From NCBI GenBank assembly GCA_002269645.1, contig NIVC01001175.1, forward strand, positions 62,001 through 126,000: 64,000 nucleotides of DNA, read 5' to 3'. Both the position numbers and the translations under genes were made by a program. Below, piece after piece: positions 11,795 through 22,563 of this stretch; the first letter of the stretch is position 1; each line of letters opens with the position of its first letter. The notes under the pieces were generated by a model. It saw nothing but the letters and a program-made list of their open reading frames with translations, was not told the DNA's origin and did no database searches. This DNA comes from Macrostomum lignano (lineage: Eukaryota).

Positions 11795-12660
11795 AACCCC
11801 CCCTAACTCAAAAATCGCCCAACCAGAAAATCCTCCCTAACTCAAAAATCGCCCAACTAGAAAATCCCCCCTAACTCAAAAATCGCCCAACTAGAAAATC
11901 CCCCCTAACTCAAAAATCGCCCAACTAGAAAATCCCCCCTAACTCAAAAATCGGCCAACTAGAAAATCCACCCTAACTCGAAAATCGCCCAACCAGAAAA
12001 TCCCCCCTAACTCAAAAATCGCCCACCCCAAAAATCATCAACCCCAAAATCCCTCTAACTCAAAAATCGCCCAACCAGAAAATCCTCCCTAACTCAAAAA
12101 TCGCCCAACTAGAAGATCCCCCCTAACTCAAAAATCGCCAAACCAGAAAATCCCCCCTAACTCAAAAATCGCCAAACCAGAAAATCCACCCTAACTAAAA
12201 AATCGCCCAACTAGAAAATCCACCCTAACTCGAAAATCGCCCACCCCAAAAATCATCAACCCCAAAATCCCTCTAACTCAAAAATCGCCCAACCAGAAAA
12301 TCCACTCTAACTCAAAAATCGCCCAACCAGAAAATCCCCCCTAACTCGAAAATCGCCCTACCAGAAAATCCACCCTAACTCAAAAATCGCCCAACCAGAA
12401 AATCCACCCTAACTCGAAAATCGCCCAACTAGAAAATCCACCCTAACTCAAAAATCGCCCAACTAGAAAATCCCCCCTAACTCAAATCGCCCACCCCAAA
12501 AATCATCAACCCCAAAATCCCTCTAACTTAAAAATGGCCCAAACCAAAAAAAATCGCCCCACCCCAAAATCGCCCAACCCTAAAATCCCCCTAACTCAAA
12601 AATTGCCCATCCCAAAATCTCTCAACCAAAAAAATCCCCCAACACAAAATCGCCCCAACC
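11795..12660. repeat. ~34-nt minisatellite CCCTAACTCAAAAATCGCCCAACTAGAAAATCCC (~25 units) filling an intron
   Basis: Period 34 (11837 to 11871). Confidence 0.95.
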
Positions 12661-12681
12661 CCAATTAATCGCCCGCCGCAG

Positions 12682-13050
12682 GCTCAGTTCGAAGAGCACG
12701 AGGCCGCGGCGCGTGTCGCACACCGCAAGAAGCTGGACGATCGGCAGCGCGCCCTGGTGCGCGATCTGCACGCACTGGAGAGGAAATACCGGCAGGAGCG
12801 GGAGGAGTGCGAGGAGCGGCACCTGTACGAGCGGTTCGAGATGCGCCTGTACCAGCACTCGCAGCACTGGTTGCTGAAAAAGCAGCAAGCGATGGAGCGC
12901 CACGAGCGCGACTTGGACCGGCTAAGGAAGCAGGCGGACGCCAAGCGGGATGTGCTCAACCAGTCTCAGGCGCTGGAGAGGCGGCGCCGACCGAAACTAT
13001 TAAAAAAGGAGCAGGCCACCAGGATGCGAATGTTCAGGGAGAGTCTGCTG
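12682..13050 (+). CDS. SLK: SLK/STK10-like coiled coil, exon B
   Basis: Acceptor CCGCAG|GCT, donor CTG|GTAAAT, phase 0/0, 123 codons. EERHLYERFEMR...ERRRRPKLLKKEQATRMRMFRESL resembles SLK EERHLQEKHQL...ERARLPKIQRSEAKTRMAMFKKSL. Confidence 0.92.
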
Positions 13051-13083
13051 GTAAATTTCCGGATTTGATTTTACATTAGTGCC

Positions 13084-13500
13084 GATACGTATCGAAGTTG
13101 ATATAGCTAGTCTATTTTAGAACCGATAGACCACCGATATGTATCGAAGTTAATATAACTAGCCTATTTTAGAACCAATAGACCACCGATATGTATCGAG
13201 GTTAATATAACTAGCCTATTTTAAAACCGTCGATATGTATCAAGGTTAATATAACTAGCCTATTTTAGAACCAATAGACCACCGATATGTATCGAAGTTA
13301 ATATAACTAGCCTATTTTAGAACCAATAGACCACCGATATGTATCGAGGTTAATATAACTAGCCTATTTTAAAATCGCCGATATGTATCGAGGTTAATAT
13401 AACTAGCCTATTTTAGAACCAATAGACCACCGATATGTATCGAAGTTAATATAACAAGCCTATTTTAGAATCGATCGAGAACTGAAGTTGATAAAACTAG
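13084..13500. repeat. ~41/52-nt minisatellite (ATATGTATCGARGTTAATATAACTAGCCTATTTTA...) filling an intron
   Basis: Alternating long and short units. Confidence 0.9.
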
Positions 13501-13561
13501 TTAATGATAGTCACATGGAGTAACGATATGTATTCACCAATTACTAATTATCTCAAACAAG

Positions 13562-13990
13562 GTAACGAACCCGGGACTACCGGACGACGAAACTCGACGC
13601 CGTCTGCGCGAGTTCGACGAATCCGAGAAGGAGCGCTGCCAGACCGAGCTGTCCCGCCTCGAGGGCAAGCTGGCCCGCGCCAAGGACGAATTCGAGCGCC
13701 GGGTGGCCCGGGTGGACACGGAGGTCCGGCACGAGCAGCAGGAGATGCGGAAGCTCATCGCCGAGCGCGAGGCCGACCAGCGCCGCGATTTGGAGGCCGC
13801 CAAACGGGCCCAGCTCAAGGAGTTCCAGGAGCTGCGCAGGCGCGAGAAGGAGGCCCTCGAGCAGCGCATGGCCGACGAGATGCGCGACCTCGAGGCCCGG
13901 CTGAAGTCCGAGTCACGCGGCGAGTCATCCGGCCTGCGCATCAACGGCGAGGGCAGGAGCGGGGGCGCAGCCGCCGTCACCCAGGCTTAG
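13562..13990 (+). CDS. SLK: SLK/STK10-like coiled coil, terminal exon C
   Basis: Acceptor CTAAT...CAAG|GTA, phase 0. VTNPGLPDDETRRRLREFDESEKERCQ...AVTQA*, colinear with the SLK DQDRDKIKQFAAQEEKRQK region; stop TAG 13988-13990. Confidence 0.88.
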   Translation, partial: VTNPGLPDDETRRRLREFDESEKERCQTELSRLEGKLARAKDEFERRVARVDTEVRHEQQEMRKLIAEREADQRRDLEAAKRAQLKEFQELRRREKEALEQRMADEMRDLEARLKSESRGESSGLRINGEGRSGGAAAVTQA

Positions 13991-14078
13991 GGAGATTGAA
14001 TTCCAATTGGGCATCGGTTTTCTAGATTGTAGATTTGTAAAAACCAAGCACAGAATCCCCCTGAATCTTTTTATTAAC

Positions 14079-14482
14079 ATGAAGTCACCTATAGATGTGC
14101 CCTGAAGCAGCCATGAAGTCCCCCTGAAGCCTCCCTGAAGCAGCCATGAAGTCCCCCTGAATCAGCCATGAAGTCCCCCTGAAGCCTCCCTGAAGAAGCC
14201 ATGAAGGCACCCTGAAGCAGCCATGAAGTCCCCCTGAAGAAGCCATGAAGTCACCCTAAAGCAGCCATGAAGTCACCCTGAAGCAGCCATGAAGTCCCCC
14301 TGAAGTAGCCATGAAGTCACCTTGAAGTCCCTGTGAAGCAGCGATGAAGGCATCCTGAAGTCCCCTGAAGTAGCCATGAAGTCACCCTGAAGTCTCCCTG
14401 AAGCAGCCACGAAGTCTCCCTGAAGCAGCCATGCAGTCACCATGAAGCCTCGCTTAAGAAGTCCTGAAGTCTCTCTGAAGCC
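14079..14482. repeat. ~21-22-nt minisatellite GAAGCAGCCATGAAGTCCCCCT just 3' of the stop codon
   Basis: Tandem repetition. Confidence 0.9.
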
Positions 14483-15014
14483 GCCAAGAACTCTCCTTAC
14501 AACCAGCCTTTGGAATTCAATAACCAAAAATTGCCAAGCCGTTAATTCGAGCTGCAAACGACTCCCAGACAACGAGAAGAAGAAACCTGCTGCATAAATC
14601 ATTTTGTTAAGCGCCTGCTATCAAGGTAAGAATCAGTGATGATTTTCAAGCAATCATCAGGTTACTAAGATGTCAATAATTGTGAATGAATTTCAGAATT
14701 CGAGGTCATATAACCAACGCTGCTGTTCGCTTGTGACGTTGCTTGGTCTGGCGCTCTCGCATTCTTCATAAATATAGTAGTGTGAAGACTATTTTCGGAA
14801 AATAGCTTAAAATGACGCGTGCGTATTCTGTCGTTTGAATCAATTTGTAAATTTCCTGCTCCCTTAACCAACTGTGAAATATGTTATGCATCTTCGTCAT
14901 CATTTCATTAATTGATTGATTGTTCCTCTATATGTAATATTTTTTATTGTTTTTTATTTGAACTAAGTTATATAAAAGTTTTTCTTCAACAATAATATAA
15001 ACTTGTGACGTTAA

Positions 15015-16952
15015 AATTAGTGGCGCCAAAATCCAGAATTAGTGACGCCAAAATCCCTGAATTAGTGGCGCCAACATCCAGAATTAGTGGCGCCTAAATC
15101 CAGAATCAGTGACGCCAAAATCCAGAATCAGTGACGCCAAAATCCCAGAATTAGTGACGCCAAAATCCCAGAATTAGTGGCGCACACATCCAGAATCAGT
15201 GACGCCTAAATCCAGAATTAGTGGCGCCTAAATCCAGAATTAGTGACGCCAAAATCCCAGAATTAGTGGCGCACACATCCAGAATCAGTGACGCCTAAAT
15301 CCAGAATTAGTGGCGCCTAAATCCAGAATTAGTGGCGCCAACATCCAGAATTAGTGGCGCCAACATCCAGAATTAGTGGCGCCAACATCCAGAATTAGTG
15401 GCGCCAACATCCAGAATTAGTGGCGCCAACATCCAGAATTAGTGGCGCCAAAATCCAGAATTAGTGGCGCCAAAATCCAGAATTAGTGGCGCCAACATCC
15501 AGAATTAGTGGTGCCAACATCCAGAATTAGTGGCGCCAACATCCAGAATTAGTGGCGCCAAAATCCAGAATTAGTGGCGCCAAAATCCAGAATCAGTGAC
15601 GCCAAAATCCAGAATTAGTGGCGCCTAAATCCAGAATTAGTGACGCCAAAATCCCAGAATTAGTGGCGCACACATCCAGAATCAGTGACGCCTAAATCCA
15701 GAATTAGTGGCGCCTAAATCCAGAATTAGTGGCGCCAACATCCAGAATTAGTGGCGCCAACATCCAGAATTAGTGGCGCCAACATCCAGAATTAGTGGCG
15801 CCAACATCCAGAATTAGTGGCGCCAACATCCAGAATTAGTGGCGCCAACATCCAGAATTAGTGGCGCCAAAATCCAGAATCAGTGACGCCAAAATCCCAG
15901 AATTAGTGACGCCAAAATCCCAGAATTAGTGGCGCACACATCCAGAATCAGTGACGCCTAAATCCAGAATTAGTGGCGCCTAAATCCAGAATTAGTGACG
16001 CCAAAATCCCAGAATTAGTGGCGCACACATCCAGAATCAGTGACGCCTAAATCCAGAATTAGTGGCGCCTAAATCCAGAATTAGTGGCGCCAACATCCAG
16101 AATTAGTGGCGCCAACATCCAGAATTAGTGGCGCCAACATCCAGAATTAGTGGCGCCAACATCCAGAATTAGTGGCGCCAAAATCCAGAATTAGTGGCGC
16201 CAAAATCCAGAATTAGTGGCGCCAACATCCAGAATTAGTGGTGCCAACATCCAGAATTAGTGGCGCCAACATCCAGAATTAGTGGCGCCAAAATCCAGAA
16301 TCAGTGGCGCCAAAATCCAGAATCAGTGACGCCAAAATCCAGAATTAGTGGCGCCAACATCCAGAATTAGTGGCGCCAACATCCAGAATTAGAGGCGCCA
16401 ACATCCAGAATTAGTGGCGCCAACATCCAGAATTAGTGGCGCCAACATCCAGAATTAGTGGCGCCAACATCTAGAATTAGTGGCGCCAACATCCAGAATT
16501 AGTGGCGCCAACATCCAGAATTAATGGCGCCAAAATCCAGAATTAGTGGCGCCAAAATCCAGAATTAGTGGCGCCAACATCCAGAATTAGTGGTGCCAAC
16601 ATCCAGAATTAGTGGCGCCAACATCCAGAATTAGTGGCGCCAAAATCCAGAATTAGTGGCGCCAAAATCCAGAATTAGTGGCGCCAAAATCCAGAATTAG
16701 TGGCGCCAACATCCAGAATTAGTGGCGCCAACATCCAGAATTAGTGGCGCCAACATCCAGAATTAGTGGCGCCAACATCCAGAATTAGTGGCGCCAACAT
16801 CCAGAATTAGTGGCGCCAACATCCAGAATTAGTGGCGCCAACATCCAGAATTAGTGGCGCCAACATCCAAAATTAGTGGCGCCAAAATCCAGAATTAGTG
16901 GCGCCAAAATCCAGAATTAGTGGCGCCAACATCCAGAATTAGTGGCGCTAAC
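15015..16952. repeat. 22-nt minisatellite AGAATTAGTGGCGCCAACATCC (~88 units)
   Basis: Period 22; blocks of variant units recur as higher-order duplications. Confidence 0.97.
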
Positions 16953-17640
16953 AGTCCACTGTTTCGAAGAGTTCATCAGTAAATTTATTTTTTCTTAATT
17001 AACTTTTCTTTGAACTGATTTTGGCTTCTGTAGTTCATTAGCAGCATTAGCAACGCGCGGGCGGACTATTTAAACAGCTAATTAATAACATTTCAATACA
17101 TGTTTCGATCCAATTGATTTGTTTCAATATCCCTTTTAAAGTCTATTAGAATCTTTCACGCAGTTCTCACTGTCACCGGACACTTCCTGTTATATTAGTA
17201 ATACTACTATATATACTACTGCTTATAATATTCGGTTGTATACCTGACTACCGTGCGTTCAATTTACCTTAATTATGTATAAATAATCATACAGAAACCA
17301 AGTTTTTTGTGCGTTCTTCATCGACTTGACCCGAGGAGGGTAATTGTCAAATTTTGCGCTGCTTTTTCGGCCAAATTTGGGCGGGAATGTCACTATTTTT
17401 GCTGCTCCTAATGACGATTATATATTGCTACCAATTATAATTAATAATTCAGATTCTAGCAGATGATTTGGTAATCACGATTTTTTTCTAATCCAGAAGC
17501 TCCGTCAATATGCAGCTGTTTCAAATATTTATTGGCATAAATTATCAGCTGCCTTGCTGTACGCCTCAGCCTCCTCCTTTGGAGCAAAAATCTGGTTGAT
17601 GATGCTGTGTTTCTGTTCGTGCTTTTATGTCATTACCTCA

Positions 17641-19886
17641 GTGACATTCCAGTGCCATTATCAGGAATTGGATAGTGACATTCCAGTGCCATTATCAGGA
17701 ATTGGATAGTAGCATTCCAGTGCCATTATCAGCATTGGATAGTGACATTCCAGTGCCATTATCGGCATTGGATAGTGAGTTTCAAGTGCCATTATCAAGC
17801 ATTGGATAGTGAGTTTCAAGTGCCATTATTAAGCATTGGATAGTGACATTCCAGTGCCATTATCAGGCATTGGAAAGTGAGTTTCAAGTGCCATTATTAA
17901 GCATTGGAAAGTGACATTCCAGTGCCATTATCAGGCATTGGAAAGTGAGTTTCAAGTGCCATTATTAAGCATTGGATAGTGACATTCCAGTGCCATTATC
18001 GGGCATGGGATAGTTATTTTCAAGTGCCATTATCAAGCATTGGATAGTTACATTCCAGTGCCATTATCAGGCGTTGGATAGTGGTATTCCAGTGCCATTA
18101 TCAGGCATTGGATAGTGAGTTTCAAGTGCCATTATTAAGCATCGGATAGTGACATTCCAGTGCCATTATCAGGCATTGGAAAGTGAGTTTCAAGTGCCAT
18201 TATTAAGCATTGGATAGTGACATTCCAGTGCCATTATCAGGCATTGGAAAGTGAGTTTCAAGTGCCATTATTAAGCATTGGATAGTGACATTCCAGTGCC
18301 ATTATCGGGCATGGGATAGTTATTTTCAAGTGCCATTATCAAGCATTGGATAGTTACATTCCAGTGCCATTATCAGGCGTTGGATAGTGGTATTCCAGTG
18401 CCATTATCAGGCATTGGATAGTGAGTTTCAAGTGCCATTATTAAGCATCGGATAGTGTGACATTCCAGTGCCATTATCAAGCATTGGATAGTGGTATTCC
18501 AGTGCCATTATCAGGCGTTGGATAGTGGTATTCCAGTGCCATTATCAGGCATTGGATAGTGAGTTTCAAGTGCCATTATTAAGCATCGGATAGTGACATT
18601 CCAGTGCCATTATCAGGCATTGGAAAGTGAGTTTCAAGTGCCATTATTAAGCATTGGATAGTGACATTCCAGTGCCATTATCAGGCATTGGATAGTGAGT
18701 TTCAAGTGCCATTATTAAGCATTGGATAGTAGCAATCCAGTGCCATTATCAGGCATTGGATAGTGAGTTTCAAGTGCCATTATTAAGCATTGGATAGTAG
18801 CATTCCAGTGCCATTATCAAGCATTGGATAGTGAGTTTCAAGTGCCATTATTAAGCATTGGATAGTGAGATTCCAGTGCCATTAGCAAGCATTGGATAGT
18901 AGCATTCCAGTGCCATTATCAAGCATTGGATAGTGGCATTCCAGTGCCATTATTAGGCATTGGATAGTGGCATTCCAGTGCCATTATCAGGCATTGGATA
19001 GTGACATTCCAGTGCCATTATCAAGCATTGGATAGTGGCATTCCAGTGCCATTATCAGGCATTGGATAGTGACATTCCAGTGAAATTATCAGGCATTGGA
19101 TAGTAGAATTCCAGTGCCATTATCATGCATTGGATAGAGTTTCAAGTGCCATTATTAAGCATTGGATAGTAGCATTCCAGTGCCATTATCAGGCATTGGA
19201 TAGTGAGTTTCAAGTGCCATTATTAAGCATTGGATAGTAGCATTCCAGTGCCATTATCAGGCATTGGATAGTGAGTTTCAAGTGCCATTATTAAGCATTG
19301 GATAGTAGCATTCCAGTGCCATTATCAGGCATTGGATAGTGAGTTTCAAGTGCCATTATTAAGCATTGGATAGTAGCATTCCAGTGCCATTATCAGGCAT
19401 TGGATAGTGAGTTTCAAGTGCTATTATTAAGCATTGGATAGTGACATTCCAGTGCCATTATCAAGCATTGGATAGTAGCATTCCAGTGCCATTATCAGGC
19501 ATTGGATAGTGAGTTTCAAGTGCCATTATTAAGCATTGGATAGTAGCATTCCAGTGCCATTATCAGGCGTTGGATAGTGGTATTCCAGTGCCATTATCAG
19601 GCGTTGGATAGTGGTATTCCAGTGCCATTATCAGGCGTTGGATAGTGAGATTCCAGTGCCATTATCAAGCATTGGATAGTGAGATTCCAGTGCCATTATC
19701 AAGCATTGGTTAGTGACATTCCAGTGCCATTATCAAGCATCGGATAGTGGTATTCCAGTGCCATTATCAGGCGTTGGATAGTGAGATTCCAGTGCCATTA
19801 TCAAGCATTGGATAGTGAGATTCCAGTGCCATTATCAAGCATTGGTTAGTGACATTCCAGTGCCATTATCAGGCGTTGGATAGTGA
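17641..19886. repeat. 34-nt minisatellite CATTGGATAGTGACATTCCAGTGCCATTATCAGG (~66 units), partly a 68-nt dimer
   Basis: Period 34; GACATTCC/ATCAGG and GAGTTTCA/ATTAAG variants alternate. Confidence 0.97.
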
Positions 19887-21014
19887 AGTTCTTGTGCAAA
19901 TCATCGCAGACTCCTGCTCACGAGCCTTATCCCACTAAATGTTAAAGTTGGTGCTGGAGAGATTTACTAATTTAGTTCGACTTGAGGTCACCCGCGAGGT
20001 CACATCAGCAGAATTACTTTGGATTCCCCCTATCTTCCACGAGCTCAGCTCGCGCAGTCCGCCTTATTGCGCAAGACCGGCAGATTACGCAATCCTGAAG
20101 TTTTCTTTTTGGACGCGAAATGCAATTTCGGGTTGATTGGATTTTCGCAGATGCCTTTGTGCTCCGACCGGCACTGGATCTTTTTTCTTTAACTCAATAT
20201 TCTTTATCTCTCATGGGAGCTGCAGTTCTGGTAGAAGCATGCGTTAAACCTCGTGCGGTCAGAGTCGGGTCAGCAGCGGTCAGGTCAGCCTAAAACCAGC
20301 ATCTTCCTCTGCTCAGTTCTCTTCATCTCATCCACTGAGCCTCCGGCTGCAGTCACGAAATTTCCGGCTTTGAGACCTGAATTAGAATTAGCTGATTGAT
20401 TGAAGCTTTGATGAGATGGACGGTGCTTCTGGGACTGGTCTTGAGCGGATTAAAGCACTGAAGCAACCTTTTGTACATGTAGACCTCAACTTTCAGGTTC
20501 GGTCTTTTTGTGCCTTCATTAAAGTTGATAAAATATTTGGATTTGCATCGATTTAATCGTGAACATTTTTGTCTTGGGCATCGCTGATGTTTTCATATCT
20601 TTGCATTCGCCTTGAACTCGCGGCCTTCCTGCATCTGCAGAATTACAGTACTATAATGTACTACTCGCATTATCGCGGTTTGAGTAGTGCTGAAAGCGTG
20701 TTTTAGGCTGCTTTGCTATAATTTTGTTTCATTAAGTTCGTTAAGTTGAGTCAACACAACCTCACATCTTATATATCAGACAGTTAATTTATTCCCCTCC
20801 ACTGCCGGGATTGGAAGTTAGGAATTTTGTATTCCCCATGCATTGCCATGGACGAGTTATTTTTAAGGCCACTTGATGTTTCCCCACAGAGGTCATCCAG
20901 GCTCAGGGCTCACTGTCTTAATCATCAACTCAAGTTACATGTACATGTAAAATATCCCATCTTGGATTTCGCAAGACCTGAGCACAGTAGGAACCATGGC
21001 TCGGCTTTAATTTT

Positions 21015-21630
21015 GGGGTGAACCAGGGCTCGGCTTTTGGGGTGAACCAGGGCTCGGCTTTTGGAGTGAACCAGGGCTCGGCTTTTGGGGTGAACCAGGG
21101 CTCGGCTTTTGGAGTGAACCAGGGCTCGGCTTTTGGGGTGAACCAGTTCTCGGCTTTTGGGGTGAACCAGGGCTCGGCTTTTGGAGTGAACCAGTTCTCG
21201 GCTTTTGGGGTGAACCAGTTCTCGGCTTTTGGGGTGAACCAGTTCTCGGCTTTTGGGGTGAACCAGTTCTCGGCTTTTGGGGTGAACCAGGGCTCGGCTT
21301 TTGGGGTGAACCAGTTCTCGGCTTTTGGGGTGAACCAGGGCTCGGCTTTTGGGGTGAACCAGGGCTCGGCTTTTGGAGTGAACCAGGGCTCGGCTTTTGG
21401 GGTGAACCAGGGCTCGGCTTTTGGAGTGAACCAGGGCTCGGCTTTTGGGGTGAACCAGTTCTCGGCTTTTGGGGTGAACCAGGGCTCGGCTTTTGGAGTG
21501 AACCAGGGCTTGATTCTTGGGGTGAATCATCAAAGCTCGGCTTTTGGAGTGAACCAGGGCTCGGTTCTTAAGGTGAATCAGGGCCGTTTTTGGGTGGTTC
21601 CCATGAGGGCTCGGTTCTTAAGGTGAATCA
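21015..21630. repeat. 24-nt minisatellite GGGGTGAACCAGGGCTCGGCTTTT (~25 units)
   Basis: Period 24; produces the 8-aa periodic ORFs. Confidence 0.97.
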
Positions 21631-22043
21631 GCTAGGGCTCGATCTTGGGTGGCCCAAGGCCTCGCATTTTTTCTTTTTTGTGCTTTGACGCTATATCCAG
21701 TGCGCGCAGGTCTCTTTTCTGATGCACTCTATTTGTTGCACTACAAGCACGCAATGCTTTAGACGATCGCACCACCCTCATAAAATGGGGCCATTTCTGC
21801 GAAGCATGCATTTTCGTCTCTTTCTACATCAGTCATGTGATCCGATGGCTCATTTTCTGAGCATATGCTGCCGCCAATGTCTTATAGTCCTCAACCCTTG
21901 GCTATTATTTCAGCCCAGACAATTACCACCGGCCTCCGCTGCCCCTCCACAATTTGCAACAAGGAGTGTGCTTTTTTCGTCTTTCACGCTTCTTTTTGAT
22001 GGCTTTTTAGTGCTCTGGCTAAGCTCGGCTTGGCCATTGTTGG

Positions 22044-22302
22044 AAAATAGCGAATATGAAAGCATCTACGAGTAATAAATCTTTCAGTTTCGGTTTTGAG
22101 TTTCAATGGAACGCAGTGCAACTACAGCGAAGAGCGGCTTTAGCTCATGGAATTGCTGACGCAAAATGGCATAAAAAACTGACATTACTTTTCTAAAACT
22201 CGCATATTCTCACAACTTTACCTGCAAGACACTTCATTTTCAAGCTTATTAATTTCAAAACCGAAACTCAGATTTATTAGATGCTCTCATATTTTCTATT
22301 TT
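22044..22302. mobile_element. Small fold-back/MITE-like element with ~50-bp imperfect inverted arms
   Basis: AAAATAGCGAATATGAAAGCATCTA...TTCGGTTTTGA (22044-22099) is complementary to TCAAAACCGAA...TAGATGCTCTCATATTTTCTATTTT (22255-22302). Confidence 0.55.
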
Positions 22303-22563
22303 TGAAGAATAGCTCAGCCGTCGAGCTTTCCAAAAGTACTAACAAAAAAGCCAGCCATTGCATAAGCTGAAGCCGCTTTAGTAATTCTGCCAAAAAAGGC
22401 ATATATATAATTATAACTCGCTTTATACCTACGTATGACCACGTCATCTGTGGTTAGCGCTCTTATTTATGTCTACAGATAGAAGTCAGACAAATATTTA
22501 GGAGTTCCTCTGATGCTGCACTGTTTAATGTCCAAGAAAATTCGGCACTCGAATATGCACTCT

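Noticed and set aside
20285-20376. Orphan minus-strand terminal-exon candidate (G)LKAGNFVTAAGGSVDEMKRTEQRKMLVLG*
   Set aside because: Good branch and acceptor (CTAATTCAG), but I found no compatible upstream exon or recognisable homology.
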